Shown piece after piece: positions 46,502-53,774 of a stretch of 56,678 nt of DNA. Each line of letters opens with the position of its first letter. Position 1 is the stretch's first letter. The position numbers and the translations under genes are program-made. The notes below the pieces were generated by a model. That model saw only the letters and a program-made list of their open reading frames with translations, searched no databases and was not told where the DNA came from. This stretch comes from a virus, in IMG/VR virus record IMGVR_UViG_3300005830_000062, positions 1 through 56,678 of that record, one strand, 5' to 3'.

Positions 46502-46684
46502 TCTGGCCTCCCGTGCTAGTCGCGCCGTCCCATGCGGCGCTGACGGGACGGACCGTAGCACGGTCGCGCGTGGCGTGTCAACGGTCGCGCGATCCAGACG
46601 GACGCGCCGCGCCAGACGGACGGGACCAGACGCGCCGCGCGCAAGCTGCCCATTGACGACTAGGACATTTGGGAAAGTTTGGCG

Positions 46685-46731
46685 GATGCTGGGGATCCTT
46701 AAGGTTGTTTTAGATGTAGAACCGCAGCATC
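46685..46731 (-). repeat. Hairpin-repeat element, copy A (47 nt).
   Basis: GATGCTGGGGATCCTTAAG-N15-GAACCGCAGCATC. The outer 7 nt are inverted repeats. Confidence 0.7.
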
Positions 46732-46795
46732 TCAATGCAGCCCCATATAAACGGATGTTTATATGTGATGATGATTGAGAAGTTTTAGACGGAGG

Positions 46796-47116
46796 CTAGC
46801 GGCGGCAGTAGTCGATTAGTTTGGGAGCCACCCCATCGCAAGCGTAGTTGTCGATTTCGCGGAGGATGATGTCGTCGTAGGCATAGGTTTGATCCTCCAG
46901 TGGCTTAGAGAGGTCGCGGAGGGTTTGTAGTAGATCCCCATCCACCCAGGCGTTGGTGAGGAGGATGGAGAGGTCAAGGGCGGATTGAAGGTAGTCGAGG
47001 CCGTCGTCGCTGTAGCCGATGTTGAGGTCGTGGCAATGGCGGATGTAGTTGGCGGTATATAGAAGTTGTTCTTCCCAAACTTCCTTTGCCTCTACCTCTT
47101 CCTTTGTCATTGTCAT
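46796..47116 (-). CDS. Hypothetical acidic protein (106 aa). A stand-alone cassette.
   Basis: Track ORF with its own promoter (47194-47223), RBS GGGAGG, and hairpin element A downstream. Confidence 0.6.
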   Translation of the reverse strand: MTMTKEEVEAKEVWEEQLLYTANYIRHCHDLNIGYSDDGLDYLQSALDLSILLTNAWVDGDLLQTLRDLSKPLEDQTYAYDDIILREIDNYACDGVAPKLIDYCRR

Positions 47117-47193
47117 TTTGGATGTACCTCCCTATGGTTTTTGGTGGCTATGATGTAGAACCTTTTGTCTGGCCCGTCTGGCCGGTCAATAAT

Positions 47194-47223
47194 ATTATAA
47201 TATATAGAAGTTGGGTTTGTCAA
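47194..47223 (-). promoter_or_regulatory. Sigma70-type promoter, TTGACA-N18-TATAAT.
   Basis: Minus strand: TTGACAaacccaacttctatatatTATAAT. The first 20 nt are identical to the promoter at 52951-52980. Confidence 0.65.
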
Positions 47224-47269
47224 GACGATGTTTCATGGAGGTTTGCCCACGGACAGGGATGTTTACTGG

Positions 47270-47308
47270 GATGCTGCAGTTCGTCTGTCCCGTAGGAACC
47301 GCAGCATC
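47270..47308 (-). repeat. Hairpin-repeat element, copy B (39 nt, 13-bp stem).
   Basis: GATGCTGCAGTTC-N13-GAACCGCAGCATC. The single mismatch is G.U only in the minus-strand RNA. Confidence 0.7.
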
Positions 47309-47359
47309 TGAAGCCCCTAGGTATAAACAACCAAAGCTTTTTACCTAAAATCACATGCT

Positions 47360-47405
47360 GATGCTGGGGATCCTTAAGCGACTTTAGTTTGGGAACCGCA
47401 GCATC
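47360..47405 (-). repeat. Hairpin-repeat element, copy C (46 nt).
   Basis: Shares the first 19 nt and the last 13 nt with copy A. Confidence 0.7.
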
Positions 47406-47518
47406 TTCATCACAACCACAGCCGCAACTTTTCCTCCGGCCCTGTGAAGCTGCGGAACATGGTGTTTGGAGGAGGAGATCTACGTGGCTATTAGGCGGCT
47501 GAGGTTTCAGGAACACAC

Positions 47519-47561
47519 AAAAAGAAGAGGCAGGGGGTGGAGGCTCCCTACCTCTTCTTTT
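47519..47561 (-). terminator. Rho-independent terminator (bidirectional shape).
   Basis: AAAAAGAAGAGGcAGGGGG-loop-CTCCCTaCCTCTTCTTTT. On the minus strand the stem is followed by TTTTTGTGTG. Confidence 0.7.
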
Positions 47562-47705
47562 GGGAAGGAATATGCGGTTACCGTTCGCGGATGGGCTTAG
47601 ACCCAATAATCTTCTAAGCTACGATAGGGTTTGGAAGCTCCTATCCAAGTTCCCGGAAGCCCTGATCAATGAGCCTCGTAACTTGCTTCCCCATCCGTGA
47701 GTAGA

Positions 47706-48197
47706 TTACTCGTCCTCCTCCTCGTCCTCATCCTCCTCGTCGAGGTCGAGGTCAAGATCCTCTCCCTCATCGACCTCGTCCTCAAGATCGGAGAGCTCCT
47801 CCCCCACCTCTTCTGCGGCATTCTCAGTCGCGGCGGACTTCTTGCTCTTCCGGGTCTTCTTCTCCGCCTTCTCAGCGGCTCCGGACTCGAGGAGGGCTCG
47901 GATGTTCTCGATGTTCTCGTCTGTCAGATCGTAGCGGGTGTACTCCTTGTCCGGGAACCCGCCATCCTCTGAACGAAGGATCCGGCGAAGACGAACCGGG
48001 GTGATCCCGAGGATCTCAGCCGCCTCCTTGGTAGACTTCCCGGTGCGGGCAGGCTTCTCAACCTTGGCCTTCCGGGTTCGCTTCTTCTTCGGGGCCTCTT
48101 CCTCTGAAGCCTCAGCCGTTGCCTCCACCTCGTCGAGTTCCTCGAGCTCGTCCTCGGGCTCTTCGACGACGGGGGCTGCGGTCTTCTTCGTTGCCAC
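47706..48197 (-). CDS. Highly charged protein with a central HTH-like segment and poly-acidic tails (163 aa).
   Basis: Track ORF trimmed to the GTG 7 nt after AGGAGG. KEAAEILGITPVRLRRILR core. C-terminus is DLDLDLDEEDEDEEEDE. Confidence 0.6.
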   Translation of the reverse strand: MATKKTAAPVVEEPEDELEELDEVEATAEASEEEAPKKKRTRKAKVEKPARTGKSTKEAAEILGITPVRLRRILRSEDGGFPDKEYTRYDLTDENIENIRALLESGAAEKAEKKTRKSKKSAATENAAEEVGEELSDLEDEVDEGEDLDLDLDEEDEDEEEDE

Positions 48198-48244
48198 CTT
48201 CTGGCCTCCTGTTCCTTGGGACTTCTGTCCCAACTTATGTACCC

Positions 48245-48274
48245 ATTATATTAGCCCGGAGATGGGCTTGTCAA
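48245..48274 (-). promoter_or_regulatory. Sigma70-type promoter, TTGACA-N18-TATAAT.
   Basis: Minus strand: TTGACAagcccatctccgggctaaTATAAT. Confidence 0.6.
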
Positions 48275-48308
48275 GGTGCCTCTTTCTAAGAGGAGTGCTA
48301 GAACTTAT

Positions 48309-48617
48309 CTACCGGCTCACCTCCTCTACTCGCTCAATGATGCTCGGGGGAACTCGGATGTCTGAATGGAAGCGGCCCATAGGACGATCCAATTTGATAA
48401 TCAACTTTGACACCTTCTTCCCAACCACAGTGCCTTGGGCACCTCTAAGGTAGGTTGGGCGAACGGTGGAGACGAACCTAACCCTATCCCCTGACTTCAA
48501 CTCTGCGAAGATCATGGAAGCCAGAGACTTCTTGCGCATCATGGCGTACTGAATGATGTCATCCAGTTCGTCATCATGCAGCCCCTGCCTGATCTGAACT
48601 AGAACATTATCGCTCAC
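48309..48617 (-). CDS. Hypothetical protein (102 aa).
   Basis: Track ORF with a 4-nt overlap. Confidence 0.55.
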   Translation of the reverse strand: MSDNVLVQIRQGLHDDELDDIIQYAMMRKKSLASMIFAELKSGDRVRFVSTVRPTYLRGAQGTVVGKKVSKLIIKLDRPMGRFHSDIRVPPSIIERVEEVSR

Positions 48618-48838
48618 CGATCCCTCCTTGGATCAAACCCTGTCTTCATCTTCTCAATGAAGTCTGCAGCTGGAACTGGATCATTGAACCATCTACTGAT
48701 GAAAGGAGGTCTACCCTCATCAGAGACATGAACCCTAAATCTAATTCCTCCGTTGTCCAGTTCTACCTCCTCTAGCCTGGCAGTTCTTTCAACGAGCCAC
48801 CTTTCCTCCTTCAGTAGCTCTCTAACCTCTCCAGCCAT
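48614..48838 (-). CDS. Hypothetical protein (74 aa).
   Basis: Track ORF. RBS GAAGGAG. Confidence 0.55.
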   Translation of the reverse strand: MAGEVRELLKEERWLVERTARLEEVELDNGGIRFRVHVSDEGRPPFISRWFNDPVPAADFIEKMKTGFDPRRDR

Positions 48839-48849
48839 CTAAACTCCTT

Positions 48850-48954
48850 CTACTGACAAATCTGGGCGGCAAGAAGATGGGCGGAAAAGTACCAGATTGC
48901 CACCACAATGGCTGCCCATGAGAGGACCCTAAAGATCTTCTCGATGTTCTCCAT
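48850..48954 (-). CDS. Possible 34-aa membrane peptide. Not in the ORF track.
   Basis: My own translation: MENIEKIFRVLSWAAIVVAIWYFSAHLLAAQICQ. It fills a gap but has a weak RBS. Confidence 0.3.
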   Translation of the reverse strand: MENIEKIFRVLSWAAIVVAIWYFSAHLLAAQICQ

Positions 48955-49111
48955 GTGCCTCTGCGATCCTTTCTAGGGCTTGAAGGATTAAATCTGCGTC
49001 CTCTTCGTCGGCCCAAGGATAATCTTCCACTAACGCCCAGCCATCCTCCATATTGCCTTGAATATCCCAAACTTCCTGGGCGACCTCTTCGGCCTCTGCT
49101 TTGGTAATCAT
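48929..49111 (-). CDS. Small acidic protein (60 aa).
   Basis: Track ORF. ATGA overlap with the upstream gene. The competing 104-aa ORF is Arg-rich and looks spurious. Confidence 0.5.
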   Translation of the reverse strand: MITKAEAEEVAQEVWDIQGNMEDGWALVEDYPWADEEDADLILQALERIAEAHGEHREDL

Positions 49112-49344
49112 TCGTAGTCATCCCAACTATCCACATAGTCTCTTCCCTCCATGTGAGTAGTTAGGATCAGCCCCCTCCCATAGATCTTGGAACTAACTAT
49201 GGGCTTCCCGCCTCCTTCATCTACTCCCCACCCGTAGTTCACGTTGCTGGCTTGTTCTTCTCCCCACCTCTTCCTGATCACTCCTGCCTGATGGGCAATA
49301 ATGTGATCTTCAATTTCTGCGGGATCCATTTCCTCATTCATCAT
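49108..49344 (-). CDS. Hypothetical protein (78 aa).
   Basis: Track ORF 49108..49488 trimmed to the ATG overlapping the upstream stop (TATGATGAATGA). Confidence 0.5.
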   Translation of the reverse strand: MMNEEMDPAEIEDHIIAHQAGVIRKRWGEEQASNVNYGWGVDEGGGKPIVSSKIYGRGLILTTHMEGRDYVDSWDDYE

Positions 49345-49630
49345 AATCACCAAACTCGCAAGCTCCACAGGGGATGTCGTAGTCAGTGTGGAGGTAAACT
49401 CCGTGGCGGCAGTAGCAGCAGCCTTCCTTCGGGTTGTGGAATACCGCGTGGCTCTGAGTACTGCCGCAGTCAGCCCCTCGAACTCCATGCCTGATGAGGT
49501 ATGCCCGGCATTTCCCTGTCTGAGGATCTGGGTCGTAGTCGTGCATCGACTCTGCCATATCTAGTCGTAGTTCTAGATCGTCAGGGTGTTCGGGACCAAC
49601 ATCTTCTAAATCTCGGCTGAAGTCAAGCAT
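49334..49630 (-). CDS. Cys-rich small protein (98 aa).
   Basis: Track ORF. Contains GKCRAY...CGSTQSH...CCYCRH...CGAC. Confidence 0.55.
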   Translation of the reverse strand: MLDFSRDLEDVGPEHPDDLELRLDMAESMHDYDPDPQTGKCRAYLIRHGVRGADCGSTQSHAVFHNPKEGCCYCRHGVYLHTDYDIPCGACEFGDYDE

Positions 49631-49642
49631 TTCTTTCCTTCT

Positions 49643-49966
49643 CTACTTCTTGTATCCTAACTCTTCCGTCCAGATGAGATCCCAGCGAAGGTCGAACTGG
49701 GAAATCTGCATGGTCATCACCCACTTCTCAGTATCATCCGACCAATAGAAGTGGCTGATTACCAGAGCCGGGCCACCTTCATCCAATGGATCGTTGATGA
49801 GAGTGGTAACTACCCTGTTCGGACCGGGCAGGCCTTCTCGGCAGTAAGTGAACTCTGTGTCGTTGATCGTAGTGATAGTAAGTTCATCTGGGAAGGCTTG
49901 ACCTTCCGCCCAGAGTTCCAACCAGCCCTTGTACTTCTTGACGATCTGATCTTCTATAGTTAGCAT
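49643..49966 (-). CDS. Hypothetical protein (107 aa).
   Basis: Track ORF. Confidence 0.55.
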   Translation of the reverse strand: MLTIEDQIVKKYKGWLELWAEGQAFPDELTITTINDTEFTYCREGLPGPNRVVTTLINDPLDEGGPALVISHFYWSDDTEKWVMTMQISQFDLRWDLIWTEELGYKK

Positions 49967-50178
49967 CCGTGTGCCTTCCTATGAGCCCTGATCACCAGAG
50001 GTGCACATTCGCTTCCAACTCCATAGGCAATGGTAATTGGATCATCGTAGAAAGCTTCAAGAACTTTGTTCAGTTCCGGGCAGTCGGTTTCGTCGGAGGT
50101 GTCCGTGGGATCCTCTTCCCTTTCCTTGGCTGCCAAATCTGCCGCCCTTGCGACGGCTTTCCACCCAGTGAGGATCAT
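49960..50178 (-). CDS. Hypothetical protein (72 aa).
   Basis: Track ORF. RBS AGGAGGAGGAG. Lies downstream of the promoter at 50239-50268. Confidence 0.55.
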   Translation of the reverse strand: MILTGWKAVARAADLAAKEREEDPTDTSDETDCPELNKVLEAFYDDPITIAYGVGSECAPLVIRAHRKAHGC

Positions 50179-50238
50179 CTTCTTCTCCTCCTCCTAAATC
50201 TTCTTCCGGGCAATGGTCGTCCATTGTCCCGTCAATAT

Positions 50239-50268
50239 ATTATATAAGAACTAAGTTTGGTTTGTCAA
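50239..50268 (-). promoter_or_regulatory. Sigma70-type promoter, TTGACA-N18-TATAAT.
   Basis: Minus strand: TTGACAaaccaaacttagttcttaTATAAT. The TGA stop of the upstream gene lies inside the -35 hexamer. Confidence 0.65.
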
Positions 50269-50609
50269 TAGGCAAGTTTAAAATGATCCGATCCCAAAAT
50301 GTGGGCAGTAAACCAAGCTCTAGGAAGAGTTGTATCGTTCCCTTCTACATCAGGTGGACCAACCAGAACTACATTCCCGGCGATGTAGTCATGTTCGAAG
50401 ATGGCTTGGGAGATGTGCGCCAAGTAATCTGCCATCTCGTTCTTGATCAGCCCTTCCAACTTCCCCTGTTCGTTTAGGTACATCACGGCAGATCTATCTG
50501 GGAACATCACGGCTTCCAGATATCCCTCAACCGCATCTGAGATATCCTGGTAGTTTGGTAGTCCGGGATGGATCTCGATCGTAGCCTCTACTGAGATTTT
50601 AACCCACAT
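50265..50609 (-). CDS. Hypothetical protein (114 aa).
   Basis: Track ORF. Confidence 0.55.
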   Translation of the reverse strand: MWVKISVEATIEIHPGLPNYQDISDAVEGYLEAVMFPDRSAVMYLNEQGKLEGLIKNEMADYLAHISQAIFEHDYIAGNVVLVGPPDVEGNDTTLPRAWFTAHILGSDHFKLAY

Positions 50610-50976
50610 CTAGTTTCTCCTCCTCCCAAAGAAGTTCCCAACGATTTGATTTTGGTTTCCTAAGTTTACCACCGTAATGAAACTCTCTAACTACCCTTCC
50701 CCGACTTCGAAGTTCTTTTAGACGTTCATTCTTCATAGCCTCATCATAGAAAACTTCTCGCCTCTTCTCAATTTCTAGAAGCCGCCACTCATTACATGGG
50801 CACTCGGGAAAGAAGCAATTCCCAGAATGAGCTTCGTGTAGTCCAGATCGATGCTGGCATCTACACATTGGATCCACTACATTATGAACAGCTGATTGAA
50901 TGGAGGCTCCACAATAAGAACATTCCCCTCTCCAATGGATTGGAGAATGGTAGGGAACCTCAATCGTCTTCGTCAT
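50599..50976 (-). CDS. Cys/His-rich (Zn-binding-like) protein (125 aa).
   Basis: Track ORF trimmed to M14. Contains CSYCG...CRCQH...HSGNCFFPECPC. Confidence 0.5.
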   Translation of the reverse strand: MTKTIEVPYHSPIHWRGECSYCGASIQSAVHNVVDPMCRCQHRSGLHEAHSGNCFFPECPCNEWRLLEIEKRREVFYDEAMKNERLKELRSRGRVVREFHYGGKLRKPKSNRWELLWEEEKLDVG

Positions 50977-51460
50977 AGAACCGTGGCTCCTCATCGTCGA
51001 TGATTTCATCGGCATGTTCCATGTCGTACTTGTTCTCTAGGTACCAAACTGCCTCCGCGTCTTCATTCCAGTGTGAGTAGTCGGAAACTGGAGGGATATC
51101 ATCCCCTCTTCGCTTCGGCCTATCATGCAGTCTGATGCTATCATCCGGCATTAGATCCCCCGTCGTGGTTCCATCTGGAGTGATTACGGTAACTGGGCCG
51201 AAGTACTCGGTGTAGTATCCATCTGGGCGGGTCCACCACAGGAGGCTCCCATTTGGGAATGGAGGCGTCCGAGGGATCTCGTTCATCCATCTATTGAGCT
51301 TATCTCTCATGGTACTTTCATGAAGATCGGTATCCACCAGAACGAAGGATTGCTGCCATCCTGGCAACTGCCTGACTTCCCTGATCGCCACCATGTCACC
51401 CAACTTCTGATGGCAAATCTCGGAAATATCCTCGTTCCCCTTCACTACCAATTGATACAT
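50960..51460 (-). CDS. Hypothetical protein (166 aa).
   Basis: Track ORF. 1-nt overlap with the ruvB-like gene. Confidence 0.55.
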   Translation of the reverse strand: MYQLVVKGNEDISEICHQKLGDMVAIREVRQLPGWQQSFVLVDTDLHESTMRDKLNRWMNEIPRTPPFPNGSLLWWTRPDGYYTEYFGPVTVITPDGTTTGDLMPDDSIRLHDRPKRRGDDIPPVSDYSHWNEDAEAVWYLENKYDMEHADEIIDDEEPRFYDEDD

Positions 51461-52410
51461 CAGGTCCTCCGCATAGATCTAAAACTGTGAATATGTTCTC
51501 TGCCTGCTTCTGTGATTACCCTCCCATTCCTGATTCTTTCAATCAACCCCGAATACATGAGGTATGGCTCGACGGTGTTCTCCAGAGTTACATCCGCTTG
51601 ACGAAGCCTGGAGGCAATCGAGTCGATGCCGAGCGGTCCAGGCGCCTCCTCCAATACTCTAAGATATTGCCTGTCCAATGTTCTCAATCCTAGTCCATCT
51701 ACCCTGAGTTTCTTCCACAAGATGTTTTGGACGAAGGGCAGATCTGTGATGTCTGAATCGGTATAGAGTTTGAAATCCCTAATCCATTTCAGAAAGTTGT
51801 TCATGTACCTTGGCGTTCCCCGAGCCCGGACGGCGATTACTTCTAGGACTTCGATTGGAATGGAGAGCCCTAGTTTCTCTGAAGTTATTACCCCAATATC
51901 CGCCAATACATCTGGGTCATAGAATTGAAGTTCGAATTGGAGTTGGAACCTATCAATGAATGGTTGGGCGAGTTTTCCCAGATCTGTGGTGGCGCCAATC
52001 ACGGTCAATGGCGGCAATGGAGGCGTCGGAACTGAAACATTTCCGAACTTATAAAGTACTCGGTTGTCCTCCAAAACTGGGTATAGAACTTCTTGGGTTG
52101 GTTTTCTCAAGGCATGAATCTCGTCGATGAAGAAAGCCGTCTTTGGCTCTACCCTCATGATCTTCATGGCCAGTGCCTGAGGATTTCCGACGGTTGAGCC
52201 GATTAGGTCCTCCATCTTGTAGTTCATTTCCCTGGCAATGATCAAGGCTAGTGTTGTCTTCCCCAATCCTGGGGGTCCACTCAATAGAACATGAGCAAGC
52301 GGCTTATCCCTATGTTTTGCAGAGAAGATAGCCGCTGAAAGCTGTTCTTTGATTTGATCCTGTCCAAGGTATTCTTGGAGGCTTTTGGGTCTAAGGTTGT
52401 CAGCCTTCAT
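51460..52410 (-). CDS. ruvB: RuvB-like AAA+ Holliday-junction branch-migration ATPase.
   Basis: LRPKSLQEYLGQDQIKEQL, Walker A GPPGLGKTTLA, Walker B FFIDEIH, sensor RGTPRYMNN, C-terminal VEPYLMYSGLIERIRNGRVIT. Confidence 0.85.
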   Translation of the reverse strand: MKADNLRPKSLQEYLGQDQIKEQLSAAIFSAKHRDKPLAHVLLSGPPGLGKTTLALIIAREMNYKMEDLIGSTVGNPQALAMKIMRVEPKTAFFIDEIHALRKPTQEVLYPVLEDNRVLYKFGNVSVPTPPLPPLTVIGATTDLGKLAQPFIDRFQLQFELQFYDPDVLADIGVITSEKLGLSIPIEVLEVIAVRARGTPRYMNNFLKWIRDFKLYTDSDITDLPFVQNILWKKLRVDGLGLRTLDRQYLRVLEEAPGPLGIDSIASRLRQADVTLENTVEPYLMYSGLIERIRNGRVITEAGREHIHSFRSMRRT

Positions 52411-52418
52411 CCACCCTC

Positions 52419-52625
52419 CTACTTGAAACTAGCGTACCTCCTTGTGTAGCAGCAAGAATGACGGATCATGGAAGCGTGGGGGCATTCCAAGAAAGCTCTA
52501 GCCATCCATCTGCCACAAGTATCACACTGCCTTGTCGGGCTCTCAATCTGAATTGTAGGTTCGCAGTAGTGATCGAAGTGGCGACGAACCTCTTCCGCCA
52601 TATCGATGAGTTTTGCCACTACCAA
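52419..52625 (-). CDS. Cys-rich small protein (68 aa).
   Basis: Track ORF. Contains CDTCGRW...CPH...CC. Confidence 0.5.
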   Translation of the reverse strand: MVVAKLIDMAEEVRRHFDHYCEPTIQIESPTRQCDTCGRWMARAFLECPHASMIRHSCCYTRRYASFK

Positions 52626-52655
52626 CCTCCTGAGTCCGTGGGCTATCCTCGAAGA

Positions 52656-52904
52656 TCATCCCACCAACCATTCCTGAGCCCATTCCTGAAGTTCTTGGTG
52701 AACCTCTCCCGGGAACCCATCCCTGATATCATCCTCCAGATTTACCCAAGAGGCAATGGCTCCTCCGATTAGATCCATCAAGGCTTGGAGTTTCTTCCTC
52801 CCATCTTCTGTATCATCTGGCAGATCAGAACCCGGGCTGAAGGTGAACCCCAATACCTGCAGCCTCTCATTGGTTTCTGCCCTAGTGAGGTAGGGCCGTT
52901 CCAC
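52656..52904 (-). CDS. Hypothetical protein (82 aa).
   Basis: Track ORF. GTG after GGAAGGAGG. Lies downstream of the promoter at 52951-52980. Confidence 0.55.
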   Translation of the reverse strand: MERPYLTRAETNERLQVLGFTFSPGSDLPDDTEDGRKKLQALMDLIGGAIASWVNLEDDIRDGFPGEVHQELQEWAQEWLVG

Positions 52905-52950
52905 CTATGCCTCCTTCCGGCTTTGGACGGTCTGGTCCCGTCCCGACAAT

Positions 52951-52980
52951 ATTATATATTATAGAAGTTGGGTTTGTCAA
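52951..52980 (-). promoter_or_regulatory. Sigma70-type promoter, TTGACA-N18-TATAAT.
   Basis: Minus strand: TTGACAaacccaacttctataataTATAAT, followed by ATTGTCGGGACGGGACC. The upstream stop lies inside the -35 hexamer. Confidence 0.65.
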
Positions 52981-53249
52981 CTCAGGCTCAGGAATCGGTA
53001 CCCAACCGTAATCCGGTAGCTTCTGTAGTTGAATAGGATCTGATCGATCTTCAGAGTGAAGGGAACCTCATCCACAATCGTTCCACGATACATGGGAAGC
53101 TCATGCTTTGCCCAAACTAGGCGAGAGATTTGATCCTTGACGTACTTCCCATTTCGAGTAGCGTGATTGATGAAAAGCTCCTTGGCATCTTCGTCATCTA
53201 CTGTGAACTTTAGATCCTTTTCGATTGGAGGTGTTTCAAACGTCACCAT
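52977..53249 (-). CDS. Hypothetical protein (90 aa).
   Basis: Track ORF. Confidence 0.55.
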   Translation of the reverse strand: MVTFETPPIEKDLKFTVDDEDAKELFINHATRNGKYVKDQISRLVWAKHELPMYRGTIVDEVPFTLKIDQILFNYRSYRITVGYRFLSLS

Positions 53250-53412
53250 TGAGAATCCTCCCCAACTTTGACTGATTTAGGATCTCCCTAACGATCTCTC
53301 CTACAGACTTCTCAGAAAGCCTCGCCACCTCCGTCAGTTGCGATTTTAGAACTGGCGGTACCATCACCACAAGGGGTACCATTCTGCTTTCCTTCAGGGG
53401 TCTGCCCCTCAT
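53236..53412 (-). CDS. Ribbon-helix-helix (Arc/CopG-like) DNA-binding protein (58 aa). Not in the ORF track.
   Basis: My own translation: MRGRPLKESRMVPLVVMVPPVLKSQLTEVARLSEKSVGEIVREILNQSKLGRILNGDV. GGGAGG lies 6 nt upstream. Strand-helix-helix pattern. Confidence 0.55.
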   Translation of the reverse strand: MRGRPLKESRMVPLVVMVPPVLKSQLTEVARLSEKSVGEIVREILNQSKLGRILNGDV

Positions 53413-53479
53413 TCTTTTCCTCCCTCATCAACTCTTCCCTGAGTAGATCGTCCACATGGTAAGGTTAGAACCCAAGTCA

Positions 53480-53773
53480 TCAGATCGATTCCTCCCCTAC
53501 TAACCCATAGACCTGGATGAGGGCAGCATCGTGCCCAGAGAACTTCACGATGAAGTTATCCATGATCTTGTAATCCCCCTTCCAACTTCCGAACCTCTCC
53601 AGAATGAGGATCAACCTGTCTCCATCATCATTGACGATCCATTCTGGATTGAACCCCATCCCTTCCAAATGTTCATTTGCTCGAGCCATTCCATCTTCAC
53701 CCTCCTCCCTGAGAATGAAATGCTCGGCGATTTCCATAGCCAAAGCCATCTTTTCCAGATCTGAGATTGCCAT
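53480..53773 (-). CDS. Hypothetical acidic protein (97 aa). Start uncertain (the track gives 53890).
   Basis: The ATG at 53773 lies 1 nt after the upstream TGA. The longer version would overlap a Cys motif of the upstream gene by 115 nt. Confidence 0.45.
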   Translation of the reverse strand: MAISDLEKMALAMEIAEHFILREEGEDGMARANEHLEGMGFNPEWIVNDDGDRLILILERFGSWKGDYKIMDNFIVKFSGHDAALIQVYGLVGEESI

Positions 53774-53774
53774 G

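Noticed and set aside
46018-46735. Several overlapping ORFs on both strands in the GC island (46018..46353 minus, 46084..46656 plus, and the long form 46175..46735).
   Set aside because: Only the frame starting at the ATG at 46501 has a GGGAGG RBS and non-degenerate composition. The others are Arg/Ala-rich products typical of off-frame high-GC sequence.
46685-47405. Could the GATGCTG...CAGCATC repeats be a CRISPR array?
   Set aside because: There are only three full copies. Their lengths are unequal (39-47 nt), their spacing is irregular (538 nt between A and B, 51 nt between B and C), and a protein gene and a promoter lie between them. No cas genes are present. I kept them as a repeat family, not a CRISPR array.
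47220-47606. 128-aa minus-strand ORF in the long gap at 47117-47705.
   Set aside because: It runs through a strong terminator, two hairpin repeats and into the -35 hexamer of a promoter. It has no RBS. I treat the region as non-coding.
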